Positions 34,015 to 45,542 are shown, counted from the first letter of the stretch. The stretch is DNA of 64,000 nt from an uncultured Methanosarcinaceae archaeon (GCA_963733675.1 CAVTET010000003.1:288001-352000); one strand, 5' to 3'. Notes: generated by a model from the sequence alone, not told the origin. A program made the numbers and translations.

Positions 34015-34668
34015 ACACAAAAATCGATTTTAAAACGATCCACTACCGAAAAATGCAAGAAATGATCTATTGACAAGTTGAAAACTACAAGCTTGCTTTA
34101 GAGTAAGAGGAGATGAAAACCTGAATCCATCAGAATTTGCATCGATTATGTTTACAATAGTACAGAATATAGATGAATACGAAGATTCAGATGCATACCA
34201 CGAAACTTTAGTAGAACTAATGAGCAATGCGATTAAGTCCGTTGCCGAGTGACCATAAAATAGTGACTGATAAAGAAAAGAACAAAATTTTCATGCTACT
34301 GGGCCTTCGACTCCCTTTTGATTTATGATTTTTGAAGCAGTAAGATGTAATTATTATACACGATTCTGAGTTTTTCTAGGTCAGATCATAAGCTGAGGGG
34401 ATAATAAAGTAAATAAAATCTTTAAATTGGTGTACCAAACAAATGCTAACTTTGAAAAGACTAACCTTCAAGAACCTAACCTTGAAAGAGTTAATCTTAC
34501 AAAGGCTAACATTAAAAGGGTTCTTGTAGATAGATACAAAACAAGTCGTAAAGAATGTCTTGAGAATATAATCGAAAAGAGGGGGAGACACATTTGATTT
34601 GACACATTTGATTTTAAACAAACATGTTTTTTCAGTCCAATTTGCTCTTCTGTTTACAAATCTAAATG
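34015..34668 (+). repeat. ~640-bp direct repeat, copy 1 (small-ORF relic plus pentapeptide-repeat relic)
   Basis: Colinear with 36236-36861. Contains ANFEK/TNLQE/PNLER/VNLTK pentapeptide codons at ~34444-34512. Confidence 0.85.
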
Positions 34669-34933
34669 TTGTTTCATTTCCATGATCACAATGTAGGATG
34701 CCCATTGCTTTAGGTGTGGATACCATTCCTTATAGTCGTGATATGCAATATAACTAATCCTTTACATATCTATTTTTGCCACAACTAGAATGTAAAGTCA
34801 TCATCATTTGCGATCGATTATTGTTATTGTACACAATGGTGTTGCTGATGTTGTCAACAAGTCTCCAACCTCACTCCCCAAATTTTGATAATATTATAAA
34901 CGTTTAATTGCCTAAATACAAATTTAAACCACC

Positions 34934-35022
34934 GAGGATTCTGATGAACCTTTCATTTTCACGAGTAATCTAGATATCATATCTAAGCATATGACAAAAT
35001 TTAGGGACTGATAAAAATCCTC
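34934..35022. repeat. MITE-like element copy
   Basis: GAGGATTCTGATGAACC...GGGACTGATAAAAATCCTC, 89 bp. Confidence 0.65.
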
Positions 35023-35229
35023 TATAGTGTCATATAGTACGTATTTTTATACTTCAAGTACATAATGTCTACATTAATTCCACTGGAAGTTAATCACAAT
35101 CAATCAAAAACCTAGTAATAATAAATAATCTTTCATTTTATCATTTTCGACATGTTTCATTTATACATTCATATATTGTTGCAGAATATAAATTGCATAG
35201 AGATGAATAAAGATATTCAAGTAATTTAT

Positions 35230-35784
35230 ATGATCCCAAGAAAAGCTTTTGTGACAAAAGGTACCGGAGTTCATAAGGCCAGATTAGCATCTTTTGAGCT
35301 TGCATTGAGAGCTGCAGGAATAGAGAAATACAACCTTGTATGTGTTTCAAGCATTCTACCTCCCAATTGCAAAATTATATCTAAAGAAGAAGGACTTTTA
35401 AAGCTAAAACCTGGTGGCATTGTTCATTGTGTACTTGGAAGGAACGATGCCAACGAACCACATCGTTTGATGGCTTCAGCTATAGGAACTGCTGTTCCAG
35501 TGAATGAAGAAAATTACGGCTATATTTCTGAGCATCATTCTTTTGGAGAAGAAGAAATTATTGCGGGAGAATACGCTGAAGATCTGGCAGCAACAATGCT
35601 TGCAACGACGCTCGGCATAGAATTTAATGCTGAAATGGCCTGGCATGAGAGAGAACAGGTATACAAAGCTAGCGGGTATATCTTTGACTCATTTCATATT
35701 TGCCAGACTGCAAAAGGTGACAAAGATGGTAAATGGACAACGGTTGTAGCAGCAATGGTCTTTGTTACTACAGACTATAGATAA
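35230..35784 (+). CDS. pdaD: Pyruvoyl-dependent arginine decarboxylase
   Basis: MIPRKAFVTKG, SFELALRAAGIEKYNLVCVSSILPP (SS autocleavage site), YGYISEHH and WTTVVAA. Start assigned by family pattern. Confidence 0.93.
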   Translation: MIPRKAFVTKGTGVHKARLASFELALRAAGIEKYNLVCVSSILPPNCKIISKEEGLLKLKPGGIVHCVLGRNDANEPHRLMASAIGTAVPVNEENYGYISEHHSFGEEEIIAGEYAEDLAATMLATTLGIEFNAEMAWHEREQVYKASGYIFDSFHICQTAKGDKDGKWTTVVAAMVFVTTDYR

Positions 35785-36235
35785 ACTCCAATCTTTGGCT
35801 GTTTGTTTATAATATCTACATAAGCAATTTGTTGAAATCTGAAGTTTATCGAAATTCTCCACATACATTTCCCATGTTCAAATAAAATGTGGAGAAATTC
35901 TTATGCCCATTGTTTTCAATAATCTAATTCACAACTCTTTCTCGGTCAAATGTGATAAGTGCTGATTCTTTGAGCAGGGCCACCTACTTTAGAGACTTGT
36001 TGAAACTTTTGTTTCGATTGAAACTTTTGTTCAGAAACAAATTTTCATATAATAAATATTAAATAAAGAATCTGAATAATTACATTATCTGTATTAGGGA
36101 TTTAGATTGAATCCTTATTGATGTGTTTTGGACCCGAAATATCTCTCTTCAAAAACACAGATTTTACATCAGGATTGGCTTAAAATGAATGTGAGAACGC
36201 ATTAATAATCATTAAAAGTAAGATAGTTGATTAGA

Positions 36236-36861
36236 ACACATAAAAATTGATTTTAGAACTATTGCTACCGAAAAATGCAAGAAATGATTTATTGACAAGT
36301 TGAAAACTGCAAGCTTGCTTTAGAGTTAACAGGAGATGAAAAACCTGAATCCATCAGAATTTGCGTCGATTATGCTTACAATAGTACAGAATATAGATGA
36401 ATACAAAGATCCAGATGAATACCACGAAACTTTAGTAGAAATAATGAGCAATGTGATTAAGTCCGTTGCCGAGTAATCATAAACTAGTGACTAATAAAGA
36501 AAATGACAAAATATTCATGCTCAGAGGTCTTCGATTCCCTTTTGGTTTATGACGTTTTGAAGCAGTAATATGTAATTGTTATACACGGTTCTGAGTTTCT
36601 CCGGATCAGATAATAAGCTGAGGGGATAATAAAGTAAATAAAATTTTCAAATTGATGCAACAAACAAATGCTAACCTTCAAGAACCCAATTTTGAAAGAG
36701 TTAATCTTAAAAAGCAGCATTAAAGGGTTTTCCTAGATAGGTATAAAGAAAGTCGTAAAGAATTTCTGAGAATATAACCAAAAAGGACTGCAGACCGATT
36801 TGATTTTAAACAAACAAGTTTTTTCAACCTAATTTGCTTTTCTGTTTTCAAATATAAATGT
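36236..36861 (+). repeat. ~630-bp direct repeat, copy 2
   Basis: Colinear with 34015-34668. Confidence 0.85.
36336..36476 (+). CDS. Possible 46-aa small protein, or the C-terminal relic of a longer gene
   Basis: AGGAG immediately before the ATG; MKNLNPSEFASIMLTIVQNIDEYKDPDEYHETLVEIMSNVIKSVAE. The paralogous frame is conserved in repeat copy 1. Confidence 0.35.
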   Translation: MKNLNPSEFASIMLTIVQNIDEYKDPDEYHETLVEIMSNVIKSVAE

Positions 36862-37140
36862 AATTAAATCTAGTTATATTTCATTGACTATCAAAACCTT
36901 TAAACGGATTCTCTATCAAATTGCATGCAACGACCCCCTTAGTCACAAAATCAACTTTTTTGACATTTTAGACCAACCTTATCCTCTAAGCTAATAAAAT
37001 AAAAGAGCTCACATTTTGGAATTTACGCAATAATCGATCAATATCATCTCTTTGTGTTTATATAACTCTACAAAAATCTGCTGCGGATACTGGTGCAAGG
37101 ATATTGGATGGTCCAAAGATCAGGACTTGATAATTTTCTT

Positions 37141-37305
37141 ACTATTTAGTTAAAGTTAGTGCTATTTAGAGTATATGCAAAAAGTATATAACAAATCAAA
37201 CGGGGTTATAATTAATAGGTTTCCCCACTTCTAGTAGAGACTTTCCATTGGGCTGTAGGTAATTTCCCCCGCAGCTCATAATATCAACTTTTCTGACATT
37301 TTAGA
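37141..37305 (+). ncRNA. Candidate structured RNA cassette, copy B (promoter plus short form)
   Basis: ACTATTTAGT at 37141, TATATAA at 37185. SL2 TGGGCTGT/GCAGCTCA with a C-rich loop, followed by ATCAACTTTTCTGACAT. Confidence 0.5.
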
Positions 37306-37498
37306 TAGCTTGCTCACGTACGCTAATTAAATGAAGTAGATTTGACCCATTCTGGGGAGATTTCAGGCATTTTCTTGAGTAGAGGAGGGGTATTTTCTTC
37401 ATTGGGTAGATTATAACCATGTGTAGGGACTGAGAATTAATCAGTTCATAATGAGCTTGATCGGCTTCATCATGAAACTAATGTTATTTAATATATAT

Positions 37499-37665
37499 AC
37501 TAATTAGTTCAAGTTATTATTATTTAGTATATATGCAAAAACTATATAATAAATCAAATATATTTATAATTCATAGGTATTGCTCATACCTTACAATAGA
37601 CTTTCCGACAAGCTGCAGGCATCTCTTCACCTGCAGCTAACAAGATCAACTTTTTGGCATCTAGG
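37499..37665 (+). ncRNA. Candidate structured RNA cassette, copy C (promoter plus short form)
   Basis: ACTAATTAGT at 37499, TATATAA at 37543. SL1 AGGTAT/ATACCT; SL2 AGCTGCAGG/CCTGCAGCT; followed by AGATCAACTTTTTGGCAT. Confidence 0.55.
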
Positions 37666-37708
37666 ATCAGCCAGATCATTTAAATTAATAAAAAAAACTA
37701 AGTAATTT

Positions 37709-37918
37709 ATGGCTTTCGACGATGCGGTGGTTGTTATTTACATGCTCGATGACAAAATAAAGGCAAAACAAGCAGTACATATTATGGGTACTGGTATAGT
37801 TGGCGGTGCATTTTGGGATATTTTGATAGGAATATTTGCTTTGTTTCTCTTAATCGCGGAATGGACTGAAGATAAGGCATTCGAGAGATTAAACAAGTTC
37901 AAAGGATTGATTAAATAA
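37709..37918 (+). pseudogene. DUF1269-like membrane protein, internally deleted
   Basis: DDAVVV...KIKAKQAV...GIVGGAFWDILIG joined directly to ALFLLI...TEDK. Confidence 0.6.
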
Positions 37919-38556
37919 AAGCCAACCCATCGAAATCTGCTCAATCAATCTTAGTGAAGATTACTATTAAGAATATTTTCGTGGGTTGAATAATTGGCTT
38001 ATCCTGAAATATAATTTTCAATCCGTGAGTGTCTTTAAATTTGCGAGTTTACAGAAAAAATAGCTTGCTGTCAATCTGCTTAATTAAGTTAAATCACAAT
38101 CATAAATAGAAAAATTCCAAAAGGTCATTGCCATGGTTCACAAGATTAGGATTACATGCATCTAGTAATGTTTAGTTATATTTATTAATATATTGACTAT
38201 TTGCAAAAGGCATATATTGAATCATATCCAACTAAATATTATGATATATAAATGCACTATAACATAAATCCTGGAATAAAATATTTTAGTGTAACTATAC
38301 ATTGCTATATACCTGAAAATGAAAGCTTATCAAGAAGCTGAATTAATAGATACCCCAAGCAGAAGGATCTTAGATCTTTATTTACTCAATCTTAAGATAA
38401 TAGATCTTAAGTAAGACCTTTATATTACATAGGTCCTATTCATGGAGCTTTTCAGCTACTTCTAATATTTTCTTATGTCCAAGCCTTTGCTCGTATTCTG
38501 GATCATGACTAAATTTTCAAGCGAAGCTTCAAAATATAATCTAGGGAGGGAATTTC

Positions 38557-38724
38557 ATGAAAGTGGTACTCGTATATGATGATCTCTTATTTCATAAGCT
38601 GTCAAATAATTTCCTAGAAGTATTTCACGAAATAACATCCAATATTGTGAATTTTGCAAAGGAAGCACTCATTAAATTGTAGAAAGATTCCTATGCTATC
38701 ATAGTTTCGGATTATGATTATACC
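38557..38724 (+). pseudogene. Truncated duplicate of the 33626 response regulator
   Basis: MKVVLVYDDLLFHKLSNNFLEVFHEITS...; internal TAG; truncated after SDYD. The upstream ~65 bp are also duplicated. Confidence 0.85.
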
Positions 38725-38931
38725 TTTTTAGTACGATATACTCTGTGATCAAGGCTGAAATCTTGTTTAATCTGATAGTAATACTTTATATTTTTGTGAT
38801 ACCTTTACTTGTGCACCATTGTTTGAGCAATTTGAGAATATATTTTAGAATGTTAAACTATAGAGATAGTGCATAAGAACTTATAAATTCATTTAGCTCC
38901 GTAGAGGGTCAAACTATGGAGAGAATCAATC

Positions 38932-40206
38932 ATGGAAGGTTCATGGTATTACTACAAATATCGCCGGTTCATAAAATGGTTGGGTTTATACTTGGCACTT
39001 GCTGGGCCAGGCATAATTGTGATGGTAGCGGATAATGATGCAGGGGGTATCACAACCTATGCTGCAACAGGAGCCAAATTTGGCTTTAACTTAATCTGGC
39101 TCTTGGTACTACTTGGCCCAGTAGCATATGTTGTTCAGGAAATGACTGTGCGATTAGGCGCGGTCACCAAGCGAGGACATGCAGAAGCTATATTCGATGC
39201 TTTTGGCTCTTTTTGGGGCTGGTTCTCGCTAATAGACTTGGGCATCTTGGATTTTCTTACGATGGTAACTGAGTTTATAGGAATGACAGCTGCTCTACAG
39301 ATATTTGGCGTGCCGCCTATATTAACGATAATTGGTGTCTCCATCTTGATGATCTCAATATTCATTCACGGAAGATACTGGACATGGTAAAAGATAGTAC
39401 TCCTTTTCTGTGTGCTCAATCTGATCTATATTCCTGCGATTCTGCTTATTCACCCCAATTTTAGCGATGTTACCAAAGGTTTGATTCCAAGTATTCCCAT
39501 AAACGGGTTCACAGGTGATTTTTTCTTCTTTTTCATGGCGAATATAGGAACTACCATAGCCCCCTGGATGATATTCTTCCAACAGAGCTCTGTAGTAGAT
39601 AAGGGTATGACTGAGAAAGATATTTCCTTTGGAAAATTCGATACTGCAGTTGGTGCATTCTTTACAGTATTAGTTGCAATAGCGTGTGTAATTATCACAG
39701 GCACGTTGCTCTTCAAGCCCGGTGGAATAGATATCGAAAGTGCTGCTCAAGCTGCAATTGCGATTATGGGCAGCTCCCCAATCGTTGGTTCTGCTCTTGC
39801 CATCGGACTCTTCGATGCCGGACTTCTTGGTGCTATGTGCATATCATTGGCAAGTTCATGGGCTATGGGTGAGGTTTTTGGATGGGCTCATTCTATCAAC
39901 AACAAGGTTTCAGAGGTACCTATGTTCTATGCCTTTTATTTCCTGAGCTTGATCTTCGCGGGCATAGTTGTAATAACCCCAGGAGCTCCATTGGTGTTGA
40001 TAACTCTTTTCGTGCAGGTGGTAGCTGTTACTCTTCTTCCTGCAGCTCTGGTTTTTCTGCTACTTCTGCTAAACAATGAAGAGATGATGGGGAAATATAA
40101 GAATACCCTTACACAAAATATTATGGGTTTTTTAATTGTATTTACTATAATTATTGTCTCTACTCTTTACGCCTTAAGCGTGATCTTCCCGGAGATGTTT
40201 AAATGA
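38932..40206 (+). pseudogene. NRAMP-family (Nramp-related Mg2+ transporter-type) divalent cation transporter with a nonsense codon
   Basis: GPGIIVMVADNDAGGITTY, QEMTVRLG and IGTTIAPWM. One in-frame TAA at 39388-39390, probably from GAA. Confidence 0.88.
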
Positions 40207-40254
40207 GCGTAGATAACATGGAAAACTATCAGGAGACGAAAAATATGGTAGACT

Positions 40255-40458
40255 ATGTTGATTGACAGATGTGAGAAGGGAAAGATCAGCCATGTGCTAA
40301 GAGGATGGAGAAAAGCAGTAAACGATATAAACAAAAAATACAGCAAGCCACGATTGAAGATGACACCTTTGGTCAGGTTTTCACTCTTTGCTCTCAGACT
40401 TTATCTAATAATGTTGGTTGTTATATTAAGTTATAAATTCTACACAATGGTGAGGTAA
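40255..40458 (+). CDS. Small membrane protein in the NRAMP-MgtE operon; start uncertain
   Basis: KYSKPRLKMTPLVRFSLFALRLY followed by a hydrophobic helix; sits between operon genes. Confidence 0.65.
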   Translation: MLIDRCEKGKISHVLRGWRKAVNDINKKYSKPRLKMTPLVRFSLFALRLYLIMLVVILSYKFYTMVR

Positions 40459-40473
40459 GCTGGAGGCAGATAT

Positions 40474-41748
40474 ATGAAAGACGAATCAAATAACAACAAA
40501 ACTGAAAGCATCCTTTTTTTGAGTGAGGTGATGAATGCTAAAGTCCTCCTTAAAGGCAAAAAAATAGGAAAGCTCTTGGACCTGATCATACTTGAAAAAC
40601 ATAAGGCTGCAGAGGTCACATACGTAGTAATAAGTCGACCTTTTGGTTATCCTTCATTAGTAGTACCATGGAATAATGTCAGTTCATTCAATGAAAAGTC
40701 TGTAACTATAGATATCGATGATGTAGAAAAGTTTGCATACAAAATTCCCGAGGGATTTATTCTTCTGAAGGATTACATTCTAGATAAGAAGATTTTAGAT
40801 TTAGAGGATACTGAGGTTGAGGTTGTCTACGATATCAAGATGGTTATGAGTAAAAACAAACTTTATATTACTGATGTAGACCCCTCCAAAAATGCGCGTT
40901 ATCGTAGGCTAGGTCTTGATAAATTTACTCATTTGATTCTCAAGGATAGTGATAAAAGTGAGGACGAGCTTATTCCATGGTCATACGTCCAAGCTCTACC
41001 CTCCAATATTGGAAGCTTTAAGGGAGATGTAAAGTTAAATATACTGAAAGAGAAGCTAAACGATCTTCCACCTGTGGATATTGTGGAAATTTTGGAGGAT
41101 TTGGATCACGATCAGAGGCTGACTGTTATCAATCAGCTCGAAGAAGAGCATGCATCTGATACCTTGGAGGAAATTAGTCCGAATATGCAAAGGGAGATTA
41201 TCTCCTCTCTGACTAAGGAAAAAGTTGCATACTTGATTGATATGATGACTCCGGGCCAGGCGGCTGATGTACTGTCGGCTTTGACTTTGGAGGATCAAGA
41301 AGCTATAATGGAACTGATGGATGAAGAAAATCTCAATAAAATAAAATCTATCCTTGAGACGCGACAGGATACGATAATCAACCTCATAACTGAGAGATAT
41401 CTAAAAGCTCAGCCTGATGAAACAGTAGAGATTGTGGAGAATGCGTACCCCAAAAGAGCAAAAGGTAAAGATGAAATAATGTACATCCACGTAACCGATA
41501 AGGATAATACGCTATTGGGTGTGATTGATGTGAAGGAGCTTCTTCAGGCAGATAGTCAGGCACTTTTAAAGGACATCATGAATAAAAATGTCATAACCTT
41601 GGATAAAGAGAGTAGTATTGGAGAAGCCACGAAGATGTTCTCTAGATACGGCTTCAGATCGCTTCCCGTAACGGATAATGACTATAAAATAGTTGGAGTT
41701 GTCAGTCAACGAGATGTCGTGAAGCTAACACTTCACTTTTCGGAATGA
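40474..41748 (+). CDS. PRC-barrel / MgtE N-terminal / CBS-pair protein (soluble MgtE-like regulator)
   Basis: ILDKKILDLEDTEVEVVYD, LPPVDIVEILEDL, MTPGQAADVL and a CBS pair (YGFRSLPVTD). Confidence 0.88.
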   Translation: MKDESNNNKTESILFLSEVMNAKVLLKGKKIGKLLDLIILEKHKAAEVTYVVISRPFGYPSLVVPWNNVSSFNEKSVTIDIDDVEKFAYKIPEGFILLKDYILDKKILDLEDTEVEVVYDIKMVMSKNKLYITDVDPSKNARYRRLGLDKFTHLILKDSDKSEDELIPWSYVQALPSNIGSFKGDVKLNILKEKLNDLPPVDIVEILEDLDHDQRLTVINQLEEEHASDTLEEISPNMQREIISSLTKEKVAYLIDMMTPGQAADVLSALTLEDQEAIMELMDEENLNKIKSILETRQDTIINLITERYLKAQPDETVEIVENAYPKRAKGKDEIMYIHVTDKDNTLLGVIDVKELLQADSQALLKDIMNKNVITLDKESSIGEATKMFSRYGFRSLPVTDNDYKIVGVVSQRDVVKLTLHFSE

Positions 41749-42066
41749 AAGACGATTTTCTTGATACCAACTACCCAGAGTAATCGCTGAAGATTTATAG
41801 TAAGAGATCTAAAAGGATTTGAGGGAACAAAAGAAAGTTTAGAAATTTAGTTCTGATTTTTTTCTCCCAATTTTCTGCAGATCTTTCATCAAAAGTAGTA
41901 TTTTTCACGATTTTTCTCATTGAACATTATAGAGTACCTACTTTTCCCTATACCATAGACCCAGGTTTTCTATTCTATATGGTGTCAAGATCTATTTTGT
42001 GACTGAGCTCTCTTAGGAAAGCTTCAGTTATTCAGAACATCGACAGTTATATAATAAAAAATTCAC

Positions 42067-42924
42067 TCAAATTTTTAGTTTTTGACGGTAATGTCTGCGG
42101 ATTAAAACTGCTATGGTGTTCAAAATAAGTACGATAATCAATAAAACCAGAGCTGTTCCATATTGAATAGACCTGGTTTTAGTAATATTCGTTCCTGCAG
42201 TGGCCAGCACAAAGAGATGGTAGGGAAGGGCCATGAACTGGGAATAGATTGATTCAGGCAGCTTTGGCAAGAAGTATGCAGCTCCTGTTAAAAGGATAGG
42301 AGCTGTTTCACCTGCAATCCTTCCTATGCTCAGGATAGAACCGGTAACCATTCCTGGGATGGCTGATGGTAGTACCACATGCCTGATGGTCTGCCATTTG
42401 CTAATTCCAAGTGCAAGGGAGGATTCTCGGTACTCACTAGGAACTGCAAGAAGTGCTTCCTCGCTTGAACGAATAATCACGGGGAGAACTAGGAGAGAAA
42501 GGGTAAGAGATGCCGAAAGTATAGAAGGGCCAAAACCAAAGTATTTAACAAACAGTGCCAACCCGAAAAGCCCAAAAACCACAGATGGAGTTCCGGCTAA
42601 ATTACTGATTGCCATTTCTATAGGCCAGGTTATTAAATTGTTTTCTGCATATTCTTTAAGGTAGATAGCAGCCATAATTCCCATTGGAAGGGCTATAGAC
42701 ATTGATCCTATGATAAGTAGTAATGTGCCCACAATTGCTGGATAGATCCCACCTTGAGTCATCATATTGCTGGGCATTTCAGTAAGGAACTCAATGCTAA
42801 TTGCATTATATCCATTGTAAATAATATAGCCAAGGATAATTAGAACAAACCCGACTACTGTCAATGCTGCAAGGCTGAGTAGTGCAAAAGCAATTTTTTC
42901 ACTCGTTTTTGCATTAAATCTCAC
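42067..42924 (-). CDS. pstA: Phosphate ABC transporter permease PstA
   Basis: GGIYPAIVGT, LAGTPSVVFGLFG, RESSLALG, GRIAGETAP and ALPYHLF motifs. Confidence 0.95.
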   Translation of the reverse strand: MRFNAKTSEKIAFALLSLAALTVVGFVLIILGYIIYNGYNAISIEFLTEMPSNMMTQGGIYPAIVGTLLLIIGSMSIALPMGIMAAIYLKEYAENNLITWPIEMAISNLAGTPSVVFGLFGLALFVKYFGFGPSILSASLTLSLLVLPVIIRSSEEALLAVPSEYRESSLALGISKWQTIRHVVLPSAIPGMVTGSILSIGRIAGETAPILLTGAAYFLPKLPESIYSQFMALPYHLFVLATAGTNITKTRSIQYGTALVLLIIVLILNTIAVLIRRHYRQKLKI

Positions 42925-42926
42925 GC

Positions 42927-43817
42927 TTATTCCACCTTAAAACTATATCTTGTTTTGATATAATCCGCAATTAGGTTAATCAGGAGAGTCATGATGAAAA
43001 GCACTGATCCTACTGCAAAGAGTGCATGAAACTGGGTACTTCCTTGGGAAACTTCTCCCATTTCAAGTGCAATGGTAGCAGTCATTGTCCTCACAGAATG
43101 CAGAAAGCCCCCTGGAAAAGAAGGGATTATTGCAGCGTTTCCGGTTACCATCATAAGCGTCATAGTCTCCCCTATAGCTCTACCCAAGCCCAGCATTACT
43201 GCCGCTGAAATTCCAGAAAACGATGCAGGGATTATGACCTTATACATAGTTTGCCATCTTGTAGCTCCAAGAGCAAGTGACCCTTCCTTAATAATGCTGG
43301 GTATCGAACTGATAGCATCCTCTGAGATAGTTATAATTGTGGGAAGTGCAACAAGCCCAACCATAATAGAACCTGTAAGGGCGGTTTGTCCCGTAGGCAA
43401 GTTGAATGTATTTTGTATATAGGGGACCAGCACAACGAGTCCGAAGAATCCAAATACAACAGAAGGAATCCCTGCGAGAATCTCGATAAAGGGTTTCAGG
43501 AAATCTGCAACCTTTGGATGTGCGACCTCGGAAATGTATACTGCACAAGCGATTCCCAAAGGCACTGAAAAAATAATTGAGCCAGCAGTTACGAGAAGGG
43601 AACCAAGAAACAAAGGTAATAACCCAAACTGTTGGTGTATGGATGTCGGGTACCAAAACTTTCCTGTGAGAAAGTTCCAAATTGAAATATTTTTAAATAG
43701 AAGTAAACTGTCACTGAATATAAAATAGCACATCAGTAAAAGGACGATGACTGTAAGGGCACTGACCAAAAAGAACATTGATTCAATTACTTTTTCCTTA
43801 TGATTCCTGTTAGACAT
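42927..43817 (-). CDS. pstC: Phosphate ABC transporter permease PstC
   Basis: FGLLPLFLGS, LAGIPSVVFG, EGSLALGATRWQT, GRAIGETM and RTMTATIALE motifs. Confidence 0.95.
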   Translation of the reverse strand: MSNRNHKEKVIESMFFLVSALTVIVLLLMCYFIFSDSLLLFKNISIWNFLTGKFWYPTSIHQQFGLLPLFLGSLLVTAGSIIFSVPLGIACAVYISEVAHPKVADFLKPFIEILAGIPSVVFGFFGLVVLVPYIQNTFNLPTGQTALTGSIMVGLVALPTIITISEDAISSIPSIIKEGSLALGATRWQTMYKVIIPASFSGISAAVMLGLGRAIGETMTLMMVTGNAAIIPSFPGGFLHSVRTMTATIALEMGEVSQGSTQFHALFAVGSVLFIMTLLINLIADYIKTRYSFKVE

Positions 43818-43929
43818 ATTTTCCTCTTGAAATAACCTCTACTTATTTACTTCTTTAGTGGATGTATCCTACTCTACTCGTCAAATATATAACTAAACTT
43901 CCATGGCATCTAGTGATTAAAAACTCTGT

Positions 43930-44580
43930 TTAGTTTAATTTGACGCGCTCAGAAGTAGCAAGATAAACTACACTTTCACAAATATTACAGCAGTGATCAG
44001 CAATCCTTTCAATGTAGCGAATCATGAAAAGTAAATATGTGGCTTTGGAAATAATATTTTTATCTTTTGCCATCATTTCTATCAACTCAACCTGAACTGT
44101 GTAAAAAAGCTTATCTACTTCATCATCTCGAGCTGCTATCTCTCTTGCGAGTTCTTGGTCACGTGTCTCGAAAGCCTTGAGGGAATTCTCAAGCATGTAT
44201 GCTGCAATATCTGCCATTTTTTTAGAATCTACAAGAGGTTTTATATGACCACCTTCGATTTTTCTGGGAATTTTTGCAATATTTATTGATAGCCCCATAA
44301 TCCTTCTGAGATCTGCTGAGATCTTGAGAGCGGATATTACAAGCCGAAGATCACTGGCTATCGGCTGCTGAAGCGCGAGTAAATCAAGGATAGAAACTTC
44401 AATTTCGTCTTCAAATTCATTCACTTTTGCTTCAAAGTCAAGTACTTTTTCAGCCATTTTGATATCTAGATCTATAACTGCCACCATCGAATCGCTGAAC
44501 ATCAATTCAACTGTCTTTCCGAATGAAAGCACCGCCTCCTTGAGCATTTCCAAATGTTTTAGGTATCTTTCTCTCGCCAT
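43930..44580 (-). CDS. phoU: Phosphate signalling protein PhoU
   Basis: LALQQPIASDLR, DDEVDKL and ERIADHCCNICE motifs. Confidence 0.95.
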   Translation of the reverse strand: MARERYLKHLEMLKEAVLSFGKTVELMFSDSMVAVIDLDIKMAEKVLDFEAKVNEFEDEIEVSILDLLALQQPIASDLRLVISALKISADLRRIMGLSINIAKIPRKIEGGHIKPLVDSKKMADIAAYMLENSLKAFETRDQELAREIAARDDEVDKLFYTVQVELIEMMAKDKNIISKATYLLFMIRYIERIADHCCNICESVVYLATSERVKLN

Positions 44581-44587
44581 TTTTTAA

Positions 44588-45385
44588 TCACCCAAACCTA
44601 CCGGTGATGTAATCCTCAGTAAGTTTTTCTCGAGGATTATGAAAAATCTTTCTGGTTTGGTCGAATTCAACCAATTCCCCCATTAAGAAAAAGCCCGTAT
44701 AGTCTGATACTCTGGCTGCTTGTTGCATATTATGAGTTACAATTACTATGGTATAATCTTTTTTAAGGTCCATGATAAGCTCTTCAATCTTTGAAGTGGA
44801 AATTGGATCAAGAGCGCTGCATGGTTCATCTAAAAGAATAATTGTGGGCCTTACTGCTAGAGTCCTGGCTATGCAGAGTCTCTGCTGCTGCCCTCCACTT
44901 AGGGAAAAAGCAGGAGACTTGAGCCTTGATGATGTTTCCTCCCAGAGTGCAGCTGACTGAAGTGAACTCTCGACAAGACTATTTATATCTTTTTTAGTTA
45001 CACCATGGATACGCGGACCATATGCGATATTATCATAAATAGACATTGGAAAGGGGTTTGGTTTTTGGAAAACCATTCCTACCTTTTTCCGGAGGTCAAC
45101 AACATCCACGCCTTTTCCGTAGATATTTTTGCTTTCAATCAGAATTTTTCCTTCAACTTTGCAGTTTTTGATAAGATCATTCATTCTGTTTAAGCAACGT
45201 AGGAAAGTGGACTTTCCGCAACCTGAAGGACCTATAAGAGCTGTTACACTGTTTTTAGTTATCTGCATGGAGATATTCTTAAGAGCCTGTTTTTCTCCAT
45301 ACCATAAATTGAGGTTTTCTATTATTATATGGGATTGAGATATGTTTTGGGGTTGAGTTGATACATTTAATAACGTTTCAGTCAT
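44588..45385 (-). CDS. pstB: Phosphate ABC transporter ATP-binding protein
   Basis: [50 protein letters not shown] and YITGRFG motifs. Confidence 0.97.
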   Translation of the reverse strand: MTETLLNVSTQPQNISQSHIIIENLNLWYGEKQALKNISMQITKNSVTALIGPSGCGKSTFLRCLNRMNDLIKNCKVEGKILIESKNIYGKGVDVVDLRKKVGMVFQKPNPFPMSIYDNIAYGPRIHGVTKKDINSLVESSLQSAALWEETSSRLKSPAFSLSGGQQQRLCIARTLAVRPTIILLDEPCSALDPISTSKIEELIMDLKKDYTIVIVTHNMQQAARVSDYTGFFLMGELVEFDQTRKIFHNPREKLTEDYITGRFG

Positions 45386-45542
45386 CTAGAACCTCAGTTT
45401 CATCTATATTGTATAAAAATATGAACAAGTTTAGATATGAGTAGTGTAATTTTTCTAAATAAGGGAATGGTTCAATGAATTTGGATGAAATTTCATCGTT
45501 TTTTAAAAATTGGAGAAGAACCAGAAAAAACTAAAAAACTCT

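Noticed and set aside
34004-34033. Pyrrolysine readthrough of the response regulator's TAG
   Set aside because: The receiver domain is already complete; readthrough would add only ~9 residues before TAA, with no supporting evidence.
14336-35784. dys and pdaD as a polyamine/hypusine gene cluster
   Set aside because: They are 20 kb apart with unrelated genes between them; no evidence of linkage.
38526-38536. 11-nt match (GCTTCAAAATA) to the putative guide flanking the 30328 IS605 end
   Set aside because: Too short and AT-rich, no plausible TAM, and the cognate TnpB is dead.
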